Assembly (NCBI GenBank): GCA_043228905.1
Contig: JBHGNT010000013.1
Location: 13,826,001 to 13,890,000, forward strand
Direction: 5' to 3'
DNA from: Azolla caroliniana
Lineage: Eukaryota > Plantae > Polypodiophyta
Length of the DNA stretch: 64,000 bases
The translations under genes were made by a program, and so were the position numbers. Positions 1 to 14,407 of this stretch are shown here, piece after piece. The stretch's first letter is position 1; every line of letters begins with the position of its first letter. The notes under the pieces are model-generated. The model worked only from the letters and a program-made list of their open reading frames with translations, was not told the origin of the DNA and ran no database searches.

Positions 1-1835
1 TTGGGCAGAAGAGTGTCTTGTTGTCGATGCAACTGCGAAATGGTGTATATTGGCACCCTTTTTTTAATCTTTCGCATAAGGGGCATTTGAAGCCTCTTAT
101 GAAGTGGCCAAAGTGAGATAATTCCATTGTGAAAGAGCCTATTAGAATCTTGTGGGGTACCCGAGCTATCTTTGAAAATTGCAGTTTCATTTCGTCAAGG
201 TTCCTTTCACTTTTGTTTTGCTTTATGCTATTTGTTTTTAACATCTTGTTTGTTGGTATGTTCTCATATCTTACCCTCTTGTTAGGGTGTAGACTTTCTT
301 TGACTGCACTGCAATGCCTGAATGTTCACATGGGAATTCCTAAGATGTGTAATCAAAGTTTTCAGTCTTTTGTTGGAGATTTTAAGGTCCTGTTGTTTAC
401 CCTTGATCATGGGTAAATTTTGCTTCATGACATTGCTTGGTCTATTTGTGGTCATCAGCAAACCTTGCTTTGGAACATTGTCTCATTACAATACTCCATC
501 TTGCCTTATGGGTTATAGAGCCAAGGGCTGGATGTTGCACCCATCATAAAAAATCTTCAAGCCTCTAGTTTGATATCATCCATTAACAGCAATATGCTCC
601 TCAAATGTAATATACTCTTTCATATCATGAGTTTGAGATCACACACATTAGCAATTTGTGTCCAATAAATTTGTTTACAACATTCATATCGAAAATCTCT
701 ATAGACCGTGCACACTAGAGTCATTGCCCTTGAGAAAATGGCTTCACATTGACAAATGTTAGTAATGTCTTGTGAAAAAGAAAGGAAATCATGATAACCC
801 GAAAACACCCCATAACTTAACTGAGTGTCTCATAATTTCAAGGGATTACAAGATTCATGTATGCCCTCAATAGTATTAAAAGAAGTCGTTAGAACTAAAG
901 AAGCTATAGTAAAAGCAAAAAGATTTTAAGATTTCATTGTAGTGTTAAATGGATAGTGTTGTTTTAAAAAGAGGCGGTTACTTTTCCGCAATTGAAAAAA
1001 CTAAACCCAATGCACATTTTAATTTAATGAAATGTCTTAAAGAGGTCATTCAAATAAAAGTGCAATAGTTGTCTCCAGATTTTAAAATACCAAAATGGAA
1101 GCAAATCATTAAACGTACCATGGTCCAATGGAACATAATGGTACGAGAAAATCACAAGCCAAATTATCATAACACTATTTTTTTAGTGGTAGAGTAGCCT
1201 TTCCAACTTTAAAATACTGAAATGCAAGCAAACAAAGAGGCATCATCCAATGTAACATAATGGTACAAGAAAATAAAAGTGAGAGTCAATTGGCCATAAT
1301 CCTTTTGGTTTCAAACAAAAACCATACTAGAAGAATTGATAGTCTTGAATTTTGTTGCTATACAAGGTTAAAAAAGGAAAGATTATTTCTAGGAGTAAAC
1401 TACTAAGATATGCTTTATATCTATTTGAGCAATGTAAAAAAACATATGCTCGCTTCTACGCTTATACCATTGGTCAAAATTAAGGTAAGGCTCTTAAACA
1501 CACTAAACTTAAGGTTAAACATCTCATAAAGTCATTAGAAAACTTGTCATCAATGCATATTAACTAGGTTAATCTATTCAACCAACCTAATTAATCTAGA
1601 TTAAAGCATTGATAACTAGAAGTAAAGCTAACAATTTCCCTGCAAATCAATGTTTCTAAATTACATCAATTAAGAAAGACACGATCACTTTCAAAATTAG
1701 AAGCATAATTACCATATGTAGCTTCTAAATAAATAATTAAAACAAACCTCACTTTTTGAAGCGATTAGTAACACAAATCTTGTAACGACATTCCTTAATC
1801 ATTGTTACTTTTATACAATATATATATATATCATA

Positions 1836-1952
<117 letters not shown>

Positions 1953-2169
1953 CTTTTTGTCATTGTCGCTCTCTTTACCAATAACGGAATTATTCATCGA
2001 GACAAGCAATGGAAAGCTCTCCAACAAAGCTTCGTAAAAAGATTTAACAAGTTTAAATTGGTGGTTTATGTTGTAACTTGTTAGTGGCAACAGAATCAAA
2101 GAACCCTTTGTTGTCATCTATATACCTACTTAACAGAAGTTGTGGGCCTCTTTTATTGTGGTTCGATAT

Positions 2170-4847
2170 GACATCAAGGATAGAGGACATGACCATGCTT
2201 CCTCATCATTTGTGGGGACATTGATATGGAAACAATTGCCCCAAAAACTATTGATATTATGTTAGAATGTAAACGTCTAAGTGAAAATTTGGGGATCTCT
2301 AAGAGACTTAAAGGTATTGAGGAAATCAACAAGAAAAAAATTGACACATGTTGAGACAGTACATACAGACGAGGGTCATAAGGATTATCATAACTAGGAT
2401 TATTTATGGGGATTGCCAATTACCTTGGTGTCTAATGTATTCATGAGGATGTGCATGATATGGAATCTAATGCTAAGGCAATTTTGTTGTCTTTTGATGT
2501 ATTCTATGATCGCGTGGTTATATATTATTATTTTTGTTGGGAAACTCCCATTCCTAAATTGGATTAAACAATGGTTGAACACCATTGTATATTAGAATGG
2601 TATTGCGAAAATACATGCAAGTCCACGAGGGTTTTATGATGTTGTATTTTATTCCCTTGAAGATCAAAGTGTATTGTTGGATAAAGTTTTTGTGTTCTTG
2701 ATAAATGTTTGGTGCATGTAATGCAATGGTCCCCTAGAGCGGACTACCATGCTTTGTTGAAATAGAAGTTCCCGTTTGGGTGACAATGGATTGTATACAT
2801 GCATTTTATGGTCTCAAGAGTTGACGAGTCAAATTGGTGAAGTGTTAGTATCCCCACATGCAAATCTACAAATAAGTGCAGATTTTGTGTTATGGGATGC
2901 AAGTCATGTGAGGCCAAGATGGGTGTATAAACACACCTAGAATGAAAAGGCTTTGTTTTAAATTGAAGTGGGATTCCAACACTTTGGATGTGGTGAATGG
3001 GTACAATTTGTGGTTGAATGCCAACATCGTTACCTTCGGCTATAGAGGTTCCTAATGATGGGGTCGGTAAGGAAAGAGTTGGGAGAGATATTATTATGTT
3101 CAATATTGTGGGTGCTATGGATGAAGCAACATCATTTGGAGCATGTGGCAAAGATGCTCCTCTTCAAAGTTCATGGCTTAAGAATAAGGAAAATCAATCT
3201 ATAGTGCTTACAAATAGGGGAAAGAAAAACAATTGATAGCCTAGTATCAATGTTATTGTTGTTGTTAAAGATTGATATAAAGTAAAATGCAAGTCGAAGA
3301 GAAAATCAATTAATATGCAACGTAATAGTTCGCCTACTACTCATGATATTGCTTGACAAGGCAGTTTAGGAACAAGGGAGGTGCCTCTTAAAGCTATGTG
3401 GCAATGACAATTCAGAGATAAGGGATTACCCCTTTAACTTCAATTTGATTTGTCAAGACAGGTTGTAAATTCATTACATTCTCGAGGTTTTTGTCAAGTT
3501 GAAGAACCAAAACAAAAGGTTTATGTAGATGGCCCTAGGGATGTGGTGCATGAAAATCCATATGTTGTGTTGGAATATGCTTCGACTAGTTTAAATTGCT
3601 TTGAAGGAGCTAATGCACTTGTAACATCATTGATTAAATGAAAGTGGTGACGTGGAATGTGTGAGGGGCATGGTGTCCTCATAAGAAGTACATATTATGG
3701 GAAACATTTTTAACCCCAAACCCTAAGCCCTATTTGCTTGGAGGTTTGCACTCATTCAATTAACGTGTATAAATTGTTACTTAGAAAGCCTCCATTGCAC
3801 TTTAACTCTTCTCTTTTACTTCAACCTCACTTTCGTTCTCCCAAGGAGCAAATTTTACAAAACATGGGGCATGGATACAACTTTATGAAACGTTGTTATC
3901 ATTTGCCATATGTATAGGTTCACTAATGCCAACAATGATTGACTCTTTTTCAACCATTCTCTCTAAGTATAATGCATTTTTAATACATGCACCATTAGAT
4001 TAATTTTTTTTTGTATATCCGTAATCAATTGAAATTCAATATTTCTCAATTACAATGTCAAAGTTGTTGTTATGCTAATATGTAACAACTCAAGGGTGGG
4101 CTTATTGTTGTTATGCTAATCATGTGTTTGATCAAATGTGGTACATGCGAAGCAAGGGAAGGAATTTGTAGCAGATCTCGGTGTAATCATTGCAATATGT
4201 GCTCCTTACTTTAAGGGGTTGATCGGCCCGCATTTGTATATCACAAAAGAGGTGATTAGACCACGCCTTGAATTTTCTAATATGATTCGATATATTGTGC
4301 AAGACCTCTTATTCATGAAATGGATGTGTATTTCATTGAGGATAAGGTGGAAACGTCTTTAAGGATCTTCCTATGGGTAAGAGCCCTACTTGGGATGGCA
4401 TGAGAAATGAAGTTTGTAAGCGATATTCCAACATGTTAAAGGGGCGTTTCAATGTCGTTGGCATTCTTGTTGTATACTCAAGCGTGGAAGGTTGGTCTCA
4501 TTGAATTAATCCTCAATGTAGCATATCACCTAAGTCATTTCATTAATAGTGGCCTATTTCTTTGATGGGGGGTTTTGTATAAGATATTTACAATGGTCTT
4601 GGAAAATGGATTAAAATTTTATTTGCCAAAGTTGATATACCCAACACAATACGTTTTCATTGAAGGTATGAATGCATTGCATAATGTGTTGAATGTTCAG
4701 ATGGCCCCATGAATTATGCATGACACACTCACCTAGAATTAATTATGGTGGCGGTTATATTTGGAGAGAGCCTATGATCATGTTAATTGGTCCTTTGTTT
4801 CTGAGTTAATGCATCCAATGGACTTTGGACTATGTATGTGTGTTTTC

Positions 4848-4924
<77 letters not shown>

Positions 4925-5420
4925 CATGATGGCATTCTCATGTTCCATTTCATGTAAAGGTGTTTCTTTGATGTGTGATGGTCAGTGAGCTACCTTTGGC
5001 AATGGCTTTAAAACAAAAACATATTTTAAATCGTATATGTTTTTTTACACAATGATTAAGGAAGATGCCAAACAGAAGTTCATTACATGCCTAGTTGCTA
5101 AAACCATTTGGGTTGTTTTATCGTCACTTTGGGCATCGTTAATTATCAAGGTTTTGTCATTTTTTTAATGGGCTTTATTGAGGTTGTTAAAGCTCTACTC
5201 ATCTCATCATGTCACGTTTATGTTTGACTATCTTAGGTATTGGTGGATGTGGTATAACCAAAGCTTGAGAAATGAGTTTTTGTTTGATAGATCTCAAGGA
5301 GTACCACAACAAATACATAGCCATGAAAATTGCCAAATTGATGTTATTTAGTATTATATTGCCATATTACTACTCTTGAAGTACTTGAGATAGCGAAGGT
5401 TTAGTATTATCATCTTGTTT
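2170..5420 (+). mobile_element. Degenerate L1-clade LINE relic (ORF1 DUF4283, ORF2 EN start, RT and zf-RVT fragments)
   Basis: ORF1-like FVGKLPFLNWIKQWLN...GFYDVVF...QWSP (2520-2790); ORF2 start MKVVTWNV*G at about 3640; GKSPTWDG at about 4380; DLERAYDHVNWSF at about 4760. The 3' part (4930-5420) is clearly homologous to 49460-50020. Confidence 0.75.
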
Positions 5421-6072
5421 TAATACAAACATAAGTTAAGGTTGTTTTAATGTCATTTAATTGATTATAGATCAAGAGAGTATGCAAAGAGAGAGATGAC
5501 TGAGATAGCATGCCAACTATCAAGAGGTGACAGTGAAGTCATTAGTTAAATATCAGACCTACACAAATGTGGAATGCAGTTCAATATATGGTGTAAGAAA
5601 GATGTATGATATGTTTGACATGGCTGTGTCAATTGCCTGCAGATCAGGATGTCCTTATTTTGATACTGAAAGTACACCAATGTCACATGTAGTTCAATAA
5701 TTGGAGTAGTGATAATGTATGATATGTTTGACATGGCTGAATTAACTAACTGTTTGGAGACTGATGTTGCTGTTGGAAACTGAAAATTTACACTGATATG
5801 GCATATAGTGAAACATGTAAGTTCATAAAGATCTGATCCCCTGACCCATCCCCATAGCTAAAAAGCAGGCAAGAAGTCCATTACAAGAGATAAGCCAAAG
5901 AATCATGGTGAATTATATGAGACTTAATTTTTTCCTCTTTTTTTCTTTCTTCTTGTATAAAGCTAAAAGAACCTAATAACAACGTCATGACATTTCTTTC
6001 TTTTTTGTAAGTTCCAAGTAGCAAAACATTAAACCAAAAAAGATTGGTTCATTTTTGTTCAGCATATGTTAG

Positions 6073-9000
6073 TTATGATACCCCTGTTCCACTACTACTG
6101 CTACTGCTACTATTTTGGTGTCCACTGTCTATGGAGGATGACTTCAGGCTGACCAAAGAATGATTATGATGGGGATTCGGTGTGCTCCTCCTGCTCACCA
6201 TCTTCATCACTACGTTTGTTGTCCCTTTCTTCTGTTTCACAAGAGGGATTAATGACTGAACCACATCAGTCATCAGCGGACGGTAATCAGCCTCTGGTTG
6301 CACACACATTGCAGCAATGGCTGCAACCTATATATAAAAACATAAAAAAAATTATTGCAGCATAAATCTGAAGGGAAAAGATATTTCTAATTAATTTTTT
6401 ATGGAGAGATTAGTCACGTCATTTATTCATTTATTTATCTTTTGCTTTTTTTATTTTCTTAGAGGGTTCATTTGCAAATTCACTCCAATCATATAAAGGT
6501 TCATCATAATTTTCTTCTACTCTAAATTTGAACTCAGACCTGTATTAAGTCCTTGACAGTAAATTGTCCAGCCATGACAGGATCAACTATCTCCATGAGT
6601 TTATCTCTATCTGTGAGTCGAGGAAGTGCCTACAAAACAAGGTTATAAATGCATATATAAAGCTTCGTGAGAGCATGCAAAACAAGGTTCTGAATGGATA
6701 TACCATGAGTGGCAAGAGCATGCAAAACAAGATTTTAAATGCACATACAATGAATGGTAAGATTATGCAAACCAAGGTTTTAAATGCATATAAAATGAGT
6801 AGTATGAGAAAGCATATGAAACTAGGTTTTAAAATGCACATGCAGTGAATTGTATGAGGTACAAAAATAAGGTTGTAAAATGTATATATGTTGAATTTTA
6901 AATTTGTATGATAATGCAAAACAAGTTTTTAAAATACATATATAATGGCATTAGCAATTACGTTTTGAATAGCACAAAGAAAGTATTACTTACCCAAGAG
7001 ACAAGTACACCCTGCCCAGGAGGTCTCTTCATATCAACCGGAACTCGGCCAGTTAGAAGCTCAAGCAACACTACTCCATAGCTATAGACATCTGATTTAG
7101 TTGTTAAATGCCCTGTTAGTGCATACCTATTGCAAAATTAGAAGCAAAAGAAAATTTGTCATCTAGAATATGCATTACATTATTGTCTTAAAGGTAATTC
7201 ATTCATTGATTTTCATGAAGATAATTCATTCATTATTATGCATTACAAATCCAAAATGCAAGTAGAAAAGAAAAAAGGTATCATCCATACTCAGGAGCAA
7301 CATATCCATGTGTGCCAAGAACTCGAGTAGAAATCAACCCTCCCATTTCGTCGGACCCAAGTTTAGCTAGCCCAAAATCTGCAACTTTGGCACTGAAGTT
7401 GGAGTCCAAGAGGATATTACTACTCTTAAGATCTCTATGGATCACAGGAGTAGTCATACATTCATGGAGATATTCAAGACCCAGGGCAGAATCAAGTGCT
7501 ATCCGCATTCGAGTATCCCAATCTAGAACAGGTGGTTTGCCGGATATTCCTGAGGCACATCAAATCACAAGTTTTAAAATATATTGATATTGATATATTA
7601 TGTGCATAAAAATGTATGTGCATGTGGCATGTGTGTGTGTATACTTTAACTCTGAGACTTAAATATTGCCAATAAATAGCATGAATGAAGCATGCTACTC
7701 AACGTACAGATTCTAATAAAGAGACCAACTCTGCATCCAAGTGATATACTTATTATAATATTGGCATCTAAGTAGATAACTAGGATGGGTTGTTCGGCTA
7801 ATATGACACCAGATTTTAAGTAGATGGACAGATATCTTTTTGATGTCCACAAGAGACTGATTGTGATCTATGGGATGAGGCCTAGCCCATGGCAAGGATC
7901 AACTTATGCAGGTTGACCAAGTTATAAGTTGTCAATGCCACTTAGGTAATAATCCATTGATATCTAGGATTGGCTGACGAACATATGTGGTGTCAATGCC
8001 ACTTAGCTTATAATCCATTGATAGTCCAAAAAAACTCAAATTTTCTATTTATAGCTAGAACTTGTGTACTAGACATAATCCAAATTTGCAAGTAACTTGG
8101 TTTTCCACAATATATGTAGAATGTAAGGGATATGAATGGATACAAAGAAGAGGCTTACCATCTGAGTAAAGATGTTCTTGGAGATTTCCATTGGCCATGT
8201 ATTCGTAGACGAGTAATCGATGATCTTGATCAGCACAGTACCCGATCAAACCAACAAGGTACGGTGAATGGAGGTGACTCAGTAGCTCAACCTTCAATAA
8301 ATAATGAAAACATAATAACTAAAAACCTCATTCTTGATATGACACGGGCAAAAGAAAGAAGAAACATGTATTGTTTCTTCATAATACAGAGTTCTTGTTT
8401 GTACAGATACCTCATATTAAATTTGGGAAGCCTCAAAGTGAGATAAAAACCTACAAAGAATCTAAAGGCAACTATGTATAGAACTTACTGAATAAATGAA
8501 GGAAACGATCTGAAAAATGTCTGAAAAATCTTGCATATATTACTATGAAAAAAATGCTGTCTAAAGTTATTACATATATGACTTTTTTTTAAAACACTAA
8601 AAAGAAATCTAAAACACATTGGCAAAGATAAAATCATATGCATAACGAAGAAGAACAAGAAAGAAAAAGGTGGAACATTTTGATTGAGGAAGAAACCATA
8701 GATAAACGCCCATATGAATCAGAAAAAAGACTATATAAATTAATAAAATTCTAAAAAACAAAAGTCTGAAACATCTTGATAAGGATAAACTCATCAAAAT
8801 ATATATGAATTTTGAAGAGAGAAAATGTTTCTCTATTTAGAGCATTTTACCTCAATTCGGAACTCACGGTCTCCTTGTTTGCTACCTCGATCAAGTTGTT
8901 TGATAGCAACAATTCTTCCATCAGGAAGAACCCCTCTGTAAACTGATCCAAAACCGCCATGTCCAATTACATTGTCTGGATTGAAATTACTTGTTGCACC

Positions 9001-9384
9001 TTGAAGAACCTTTAATGGAAAAGCTTGAGACGCTAAGTGTATGCTATCCTTATTCCATGAGCTATGAGGCTCTGCAGTGCTGTTTTGCCCATGAGCTTGA
9101 GAGACATTATTCTCATAGTTGCTATTACAATTAACTTGATGAGAAGAAGAAGAAGAAGAAAATTTCTTCTGTTTCGCGACCTTTCGCCTGACATGGTAGT
9201 AGTAGATGAGTAGAGAAAGTAACGCCGAGATGGCTAGCGTGGATATGGTGGCTAAGACGATCACAGCTACCGCATTCTTGCTTCCATGTCTTGTTACAAC
9301 TTCTTCTTGTTCTTGTTCTCTTGCATTTGGAATGTTATAGCTCCCAACAGGAGGAGGAACTGAACCTAAAACGATTCGAGCCAT
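6073..9384 (-). CDS. Single-pass RLK/Pelle Ser/Thr kinase (At3g58690/At1g54820-like, often annotated PBL7-like), about 467 aa
   Basis: Exons 9384-8851, 8291-8159, 7549-7291, 7126-6994, 6629-6540, 6327-6073; all GT-AG and frame-consistent. N-terminal TM helix [26 protein letters not shown], then [42 protein letters not shown] and [10 protein letters not shown] motifs. Confidence 0.92.
6633..6950 (+). repeat. Degenerate ~45-bp tandem repeat in RLK intron 4
   Basis: CAAAACAAGGTT.TAAATGCATA.A recurs about 7 times. Confidence 0.8.
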
Positions 9385-9386
9385 AG

Positions 9387-9451
<65 letters not shown>

Positions 9452-9829
9452 TGGTTGCAATGTATTTGCAATGTCGCGCCGCCCCGATGATAGTTGAATT
9501 ACCTGGTTTTCTCCAATCAATTGTATATATGTATATGATAGTTGAATTTCCTGGGTTTCTCCAATCAGTTGTTTCAGAAGAGAAATTTACAGCTTCTTCT
9601 CCTACATGGACCCCCAAATGCAATGCAATGCAATGCAATGGGCAGGCAATCGATGAGCACAAAACAGGATAGCCGAATCTTTACCTTCTCGGGGGTACCG
9701 AAGCTTCGAAGAGAGGAATCAGCAGGTGAATCTGACTAGATGGTTGGGGGGGGAAGGCCATACCAAGAACTCTGACTGAAGGTGCCTCCTGTATGGATGG
9801 ATATATGTATAATGTATATGTAAACAGAG

Positions 9830-9866
<37 letters not shown>

Positions 9867-10126
9867 AGAAACAGGGGAATTGTGAGAGGCAGGGAGGGAG
9901 GGAAAAATGAAGTGGCAAGGCATATACTCGAATGCATAGGCAAACATTCTTTTTCATACGAATGCAACGCATGCGTATGTTAACAAAACATTCTTATGTT
10001 TTTTTCTTCTTCTTTTTTACACTTTTTACCTTAAAAAAAATCTACCTTATAATAAATAATGAATACAAAATTATGGCATTTACCCGTCTTCCCCCTCCCC
10101 TCCCCTCTCCTCCCGCACACTGGTGG

Positions 10127-10154
10127 TTTAGGGTTTAGGGTTTAGGGTTCAGGG
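10127..10154 (+). repeat. Interstitial telomeric repeats (TTTAGGG)3 TTCAGGG
   Basis: Read directly from the sequence. Confidence 0.9.
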
Positions 10155-12699
10155 TTTTGTATACATCATTCGTGAGATCAACTTTATGTATGGGGGTTGT
10201 TGAATAGAAGATAGTCCATCGAGATGTTCACGGATGGCTAACCTGATTCACTTCCCAAAATGATCTACAATGGATCAAGCAACATGACGAGAGCTCAAGC
10301 CCCAGCTATGTTGTTGTTGTTGCTATTGTGTAATTTTAAGGTATTCTTGTTGAGATCCTCTTTATGTACTCTATATACTCATTAATGCCATCTCGACAGA
10401 AAAAAAATAGATATTTCAACGTGTAAGGTGGAGTGCTTTTATTGTCATAAATCTCCATATCTCTATCACTAGCCTCCCTTTAGCCCTCTTATTTTAGATA
10501 TTCACATGTTTCCTCTCCATTACTCATGAGTCCCATGAATTATCATCATCCACATTACATAGATTATTAGTCTTAACTTCTAAGACGTGTTCTCGACACT
10601 TTAATTGCCACTTTCGTCTTTCTGGCCACTTTTTTTGCATTCGCCATTTCTATTGCATATTCATTTGTCTTTATCTACGGTACCTATATTCATATTTGTA
10701 ATTCTCTCTTCATGAGTTGTAAATCATACTCGTAAACAACAAAGTTGGTTAAACATGCTAACCTAAATAATTGTAATGACTTGAATGATGGCATTCTATG
10801 CATTTAAATAGTTGTCTTGTTTAAGTTTTCCTAAACAAATTAGTCAAACAATAACCGTCATTCAGAAACCACCACCGCACAAATTTTGGGAAAACGCCCA
10901 CTTCCACTTGGTCCACTTGGTTTCCTTTTCCTTCAAAATCTTGAGTCACCTGGTACATACTTCATGGATGGACCACATTTCAATGCATTGTTTTCATGTT
11001 TGTCTTTCATTTTCATATTGTGCTACACATTGTTTACATACTTTTGAGGGCCACTTCACAAACACATTTTGTATTTAAAATATAAACTTGATAAGATAAT
11101 GTATACGTATATTCTCACCCTTTTGATTGAATTTCTCGAGTAAAAGTAACGACACTAAAATCAAAACCAATGTGTACTAAATATCTCGTGGGATACGGAA
11201 CGATGCTCACTCACTCATGTTTATTCTTGTAATCACTATGTAAGAGTGAATTGGCATGTTGTTTTTCTACCAAATGTCTATATGATAGTACAAATGGCAT
11301 TCAACATTGAAAGGAACGAACTCAATTTCTTTATTGGTAAATAATAACATTAAATTTTGCTTGTCTATTGTTACAACTACAACTTTGATTCGTGGTTACA
11401 TTAAAATATTCTTATGTCTAGCTAGTTAAACAATGGGGATTGTAATTTTCTTTAGGCGATTTGTAGCATCAGACTTTTCAAATGCTTGAGAATGTTATCC
11501 CCGTTTCTCCTTTGTGGCTTATCAAATCCTCAACACTATAAAGGAATTCCTAAATTGTTGCAATTAGATGTTGTATCAATGCAAGTGGGAGACCTGTCAC
11601 ATTTGGAACTAAAAGCACAAGAAAAAATCTTCACTACATTATGTTATCTTGCATGCACAAAGTGTGGTTTGCTTGCTATTGGATGTGCTATCAAACAAGA
11701 GGTGTCATGTTTGAAAATTGGTTTGACCATGATAGTATGAAATGGCTCATAAAAGCTTGTAAAAATCTCGTATGAGCCGAGTCTAAAAAACACACACACA
11801 CACAGACAAATGACTCAAATGAGCGAGTCTATGATGCATCACATCACAACATATGAGCAATGCTAACACACATGTATGATGAACACACAAAGATTAGCAA
11901 AACGATTGTATGGAGGCACATGCACAAACATTGCCACAAACAAGGTCGACATTGACACTGTTAATCATTTGTCTCTAGTATTACTTTCGACATGCCCACT
12001 TATGATTCACACACTCTAAATAAATATAAATCGTTTCCGTTGTGGATTTTTGTAGGGAACTAGTCCGATACATTGAATAATGATGTTTACTACATACTTG
12101 AGCCATTCATTATGACTTATGTCTCTCTATATATTATGTATGTTTACATGTATCCATACTTGATTGATGATACATATAATAGACATGAAATATTTACTTC
12201 ATTTTAACATTTTAAATGATATGAAATAACTATGTATTCCAACCCTACACTTTTTCAAAAGTATTATGCAACCCCAAATGTTTATTTATCTGGGGAGTGG
12301 TTTGGATTCAAAGCTTAGCGTTTTTCTCTTCCAATTGCAAAGTTTTACATCTTTGAATTCGTTTTCCTTAGCTCCATGGGTCATTGAACATCCATGTTGT
12401 GTGTGGTTTTTAATATGGTATCATAATGAAAAGAAACATAAATTGAACATTACATGTCAATTAGAAACGCTTGCACTTCTTGTTCCTACAAAAACCATTT
12501 CTTGCTCTTCCTAACTTACGTGGTAACACTATATGACAAATTATCTATAGTTACCGATTATTGATAAAAGCTTGAGCAATTGCTTTGTTGAGCGTTGAGA
12601 TCAACCAATCTTAAAAAGAGTGGTAAATTTTGATTTGTTAGAAAATTTCAAGTTAAACGGGTTCATGTTATCATTAATATAGTTAGACATCCATGACTT

Positions 12700-13960
12700 C
12701 ATTACAATTCTATCAAACTAAAATATTTACATTGCATATGATATTCAAGCTTGTTTATGTAAATAGAATATGGGGATTAGGGGCACTTGGCACCCAGTCC
12801 GAGTGGTGGTGCATGTTGGTAACATCTAGAAGACAGATCCGGATGTTGCTAAGGTGGAACCCCACTAAAAGTTATGGGTCCATAATTGTCGTCCCCTCGT
12901 GGAACTAGAATGGGACCTAGGGGATTTAAGGTGGAAACATGATGGCAAACTCTGCCACTTCTTCGAATATAGCACTAAATTGGGTCGGACTTTACAATTG
13001 TAGTTAGATGGTCGGTTGGCGCACATTGGGCATCTCTGACAAGGTGCTTGTTACCTTTTGGAAGGGTCTCTGGCATTTCCACATGCCTGAAAAGATCAAG
13101 CTCTTTTGGTGGCAGATCGGTCATAATGTGGTCCATGTTGGCGAATGGCTTGGTAAACATGGCGGCCTGATAGTTTGGCCACTTTGCTCTTCACCTATTG
13201 AGACTCTGAGACATTGTCTGTGGGATTGCCCTCAAGCTCAAAGGGTATGGACAGAGTGACTCACCTCCTTGCTGCATGTGAAGTGGAAGGAACATCATCG
13301 TAGAGCGTTGCAGCTTGCATCGTCACTTGGTTGATAGTCGAATGGATGCCTTCAATGTGGATTGTTGGTGCTATGAATGCAAGAGTGGTAAAATCGTCAA
13401 TACCCGATTTGAGAGAGAGGCACATTGATTGCATCCCCTCGGTTCCAAGAGATTTGGATGTTGATCGTAGACTTCACTCTGTGGTATGTATGGAAGGCAC
13501 GCAACCTAAAGGTCTTCTAAGATATACCCTCAGAGGAAGTGATCATGGATATATGGTTCACGATGATCAGATGCCTACGAGGGCAATTGGAAAAGGTTTG
13601 CCGCCATCCAACGATGTGGTCACTACCCTTTTACGCTTTTGGGAGAAATGATGGAACACGCTGATGCCGATGCAAGGAGGAAATGACCTAAAGTGGAACT
13701 ACCAACCCCCATGCTGGTTGTTTCCTACTCACCTCCCACCCTCCCTACGTTGTAGGCCATAGGATTCGGCTTGTACTAGCTGGTGTTGAAGGGCACCACT
13801 TTTAGCTATAGGTATCTACTTACATTAATTAGTCAGTTTGAAAGGCTATGTACATAATCCCATTTTCTTGAACTCGGCCAAAGGGTGATTCCCCAATTTA
13901 TGTATAAGCCACATTGTATAGTCTTTCTGTAATAATCTCTCCTAACTAATGTGAAAGTAG
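12700..13960 (+). mobile_element. L1-clade LINE 3' fragment (zf-RVT region)
   Basis: FWKGLWHFHMPEKIKLFWWQIGHN...CSSPIETLRHCLWDCPQAQRVW, with frameshifts and stops around it. Confidence 0.8.
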
Positions 13961-14197
13961 CTTCATTTTGGAATTTTTTTTGTTTGAATATGGTGATTGA
14001 TTATGAGTAGAGTTTGGAATCATGCAAATCAATATATTAACAATTGTTTTTCTCTTCTTATTATGTGATAATGTGTGTGTGCATGTGCATACTTGGTTTG
14101 ATTATTTGCACATTAGTTGTATAGATTTTACATGCACAATGTTGACAATGAGAGATTATTAGATCGAACAATGTTCGTTGAGGCTCCATTTTCGTTC

Positions 14198-14407
14198 TTG
14201 ACATGTGTGATACGTGCATATCGTACGATACTATGTATATTCTTCTCATAATGCAATCTAGAGATTCATGAATTGACACTCAAAGAGCAATAATTTCACT
14301 TTTGACATGTAATACATGCATATCATACAATACTATGTATATTCTTCTCATAATGCAATCTAGAGATTCATGATTTGACACTCTAAGAGCAATAATTTCT
14401 CTTTTGA
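14198..14407 (+). repeat. Tandem duplication, unit about 104 bp
   Basis: ATACTATGTATATTCTTCTCATAATGCAATCTAGAGATTCATGA occurs twice. Confidence 0.9.

Noticed and set aside
8833-9471. ORF-track N-terminus MQIHCNHSHTHT... for the kinase
   Set aside because: It comes from a non-ATG start read through the (CA)n tract; the first real ATG is at 9384.
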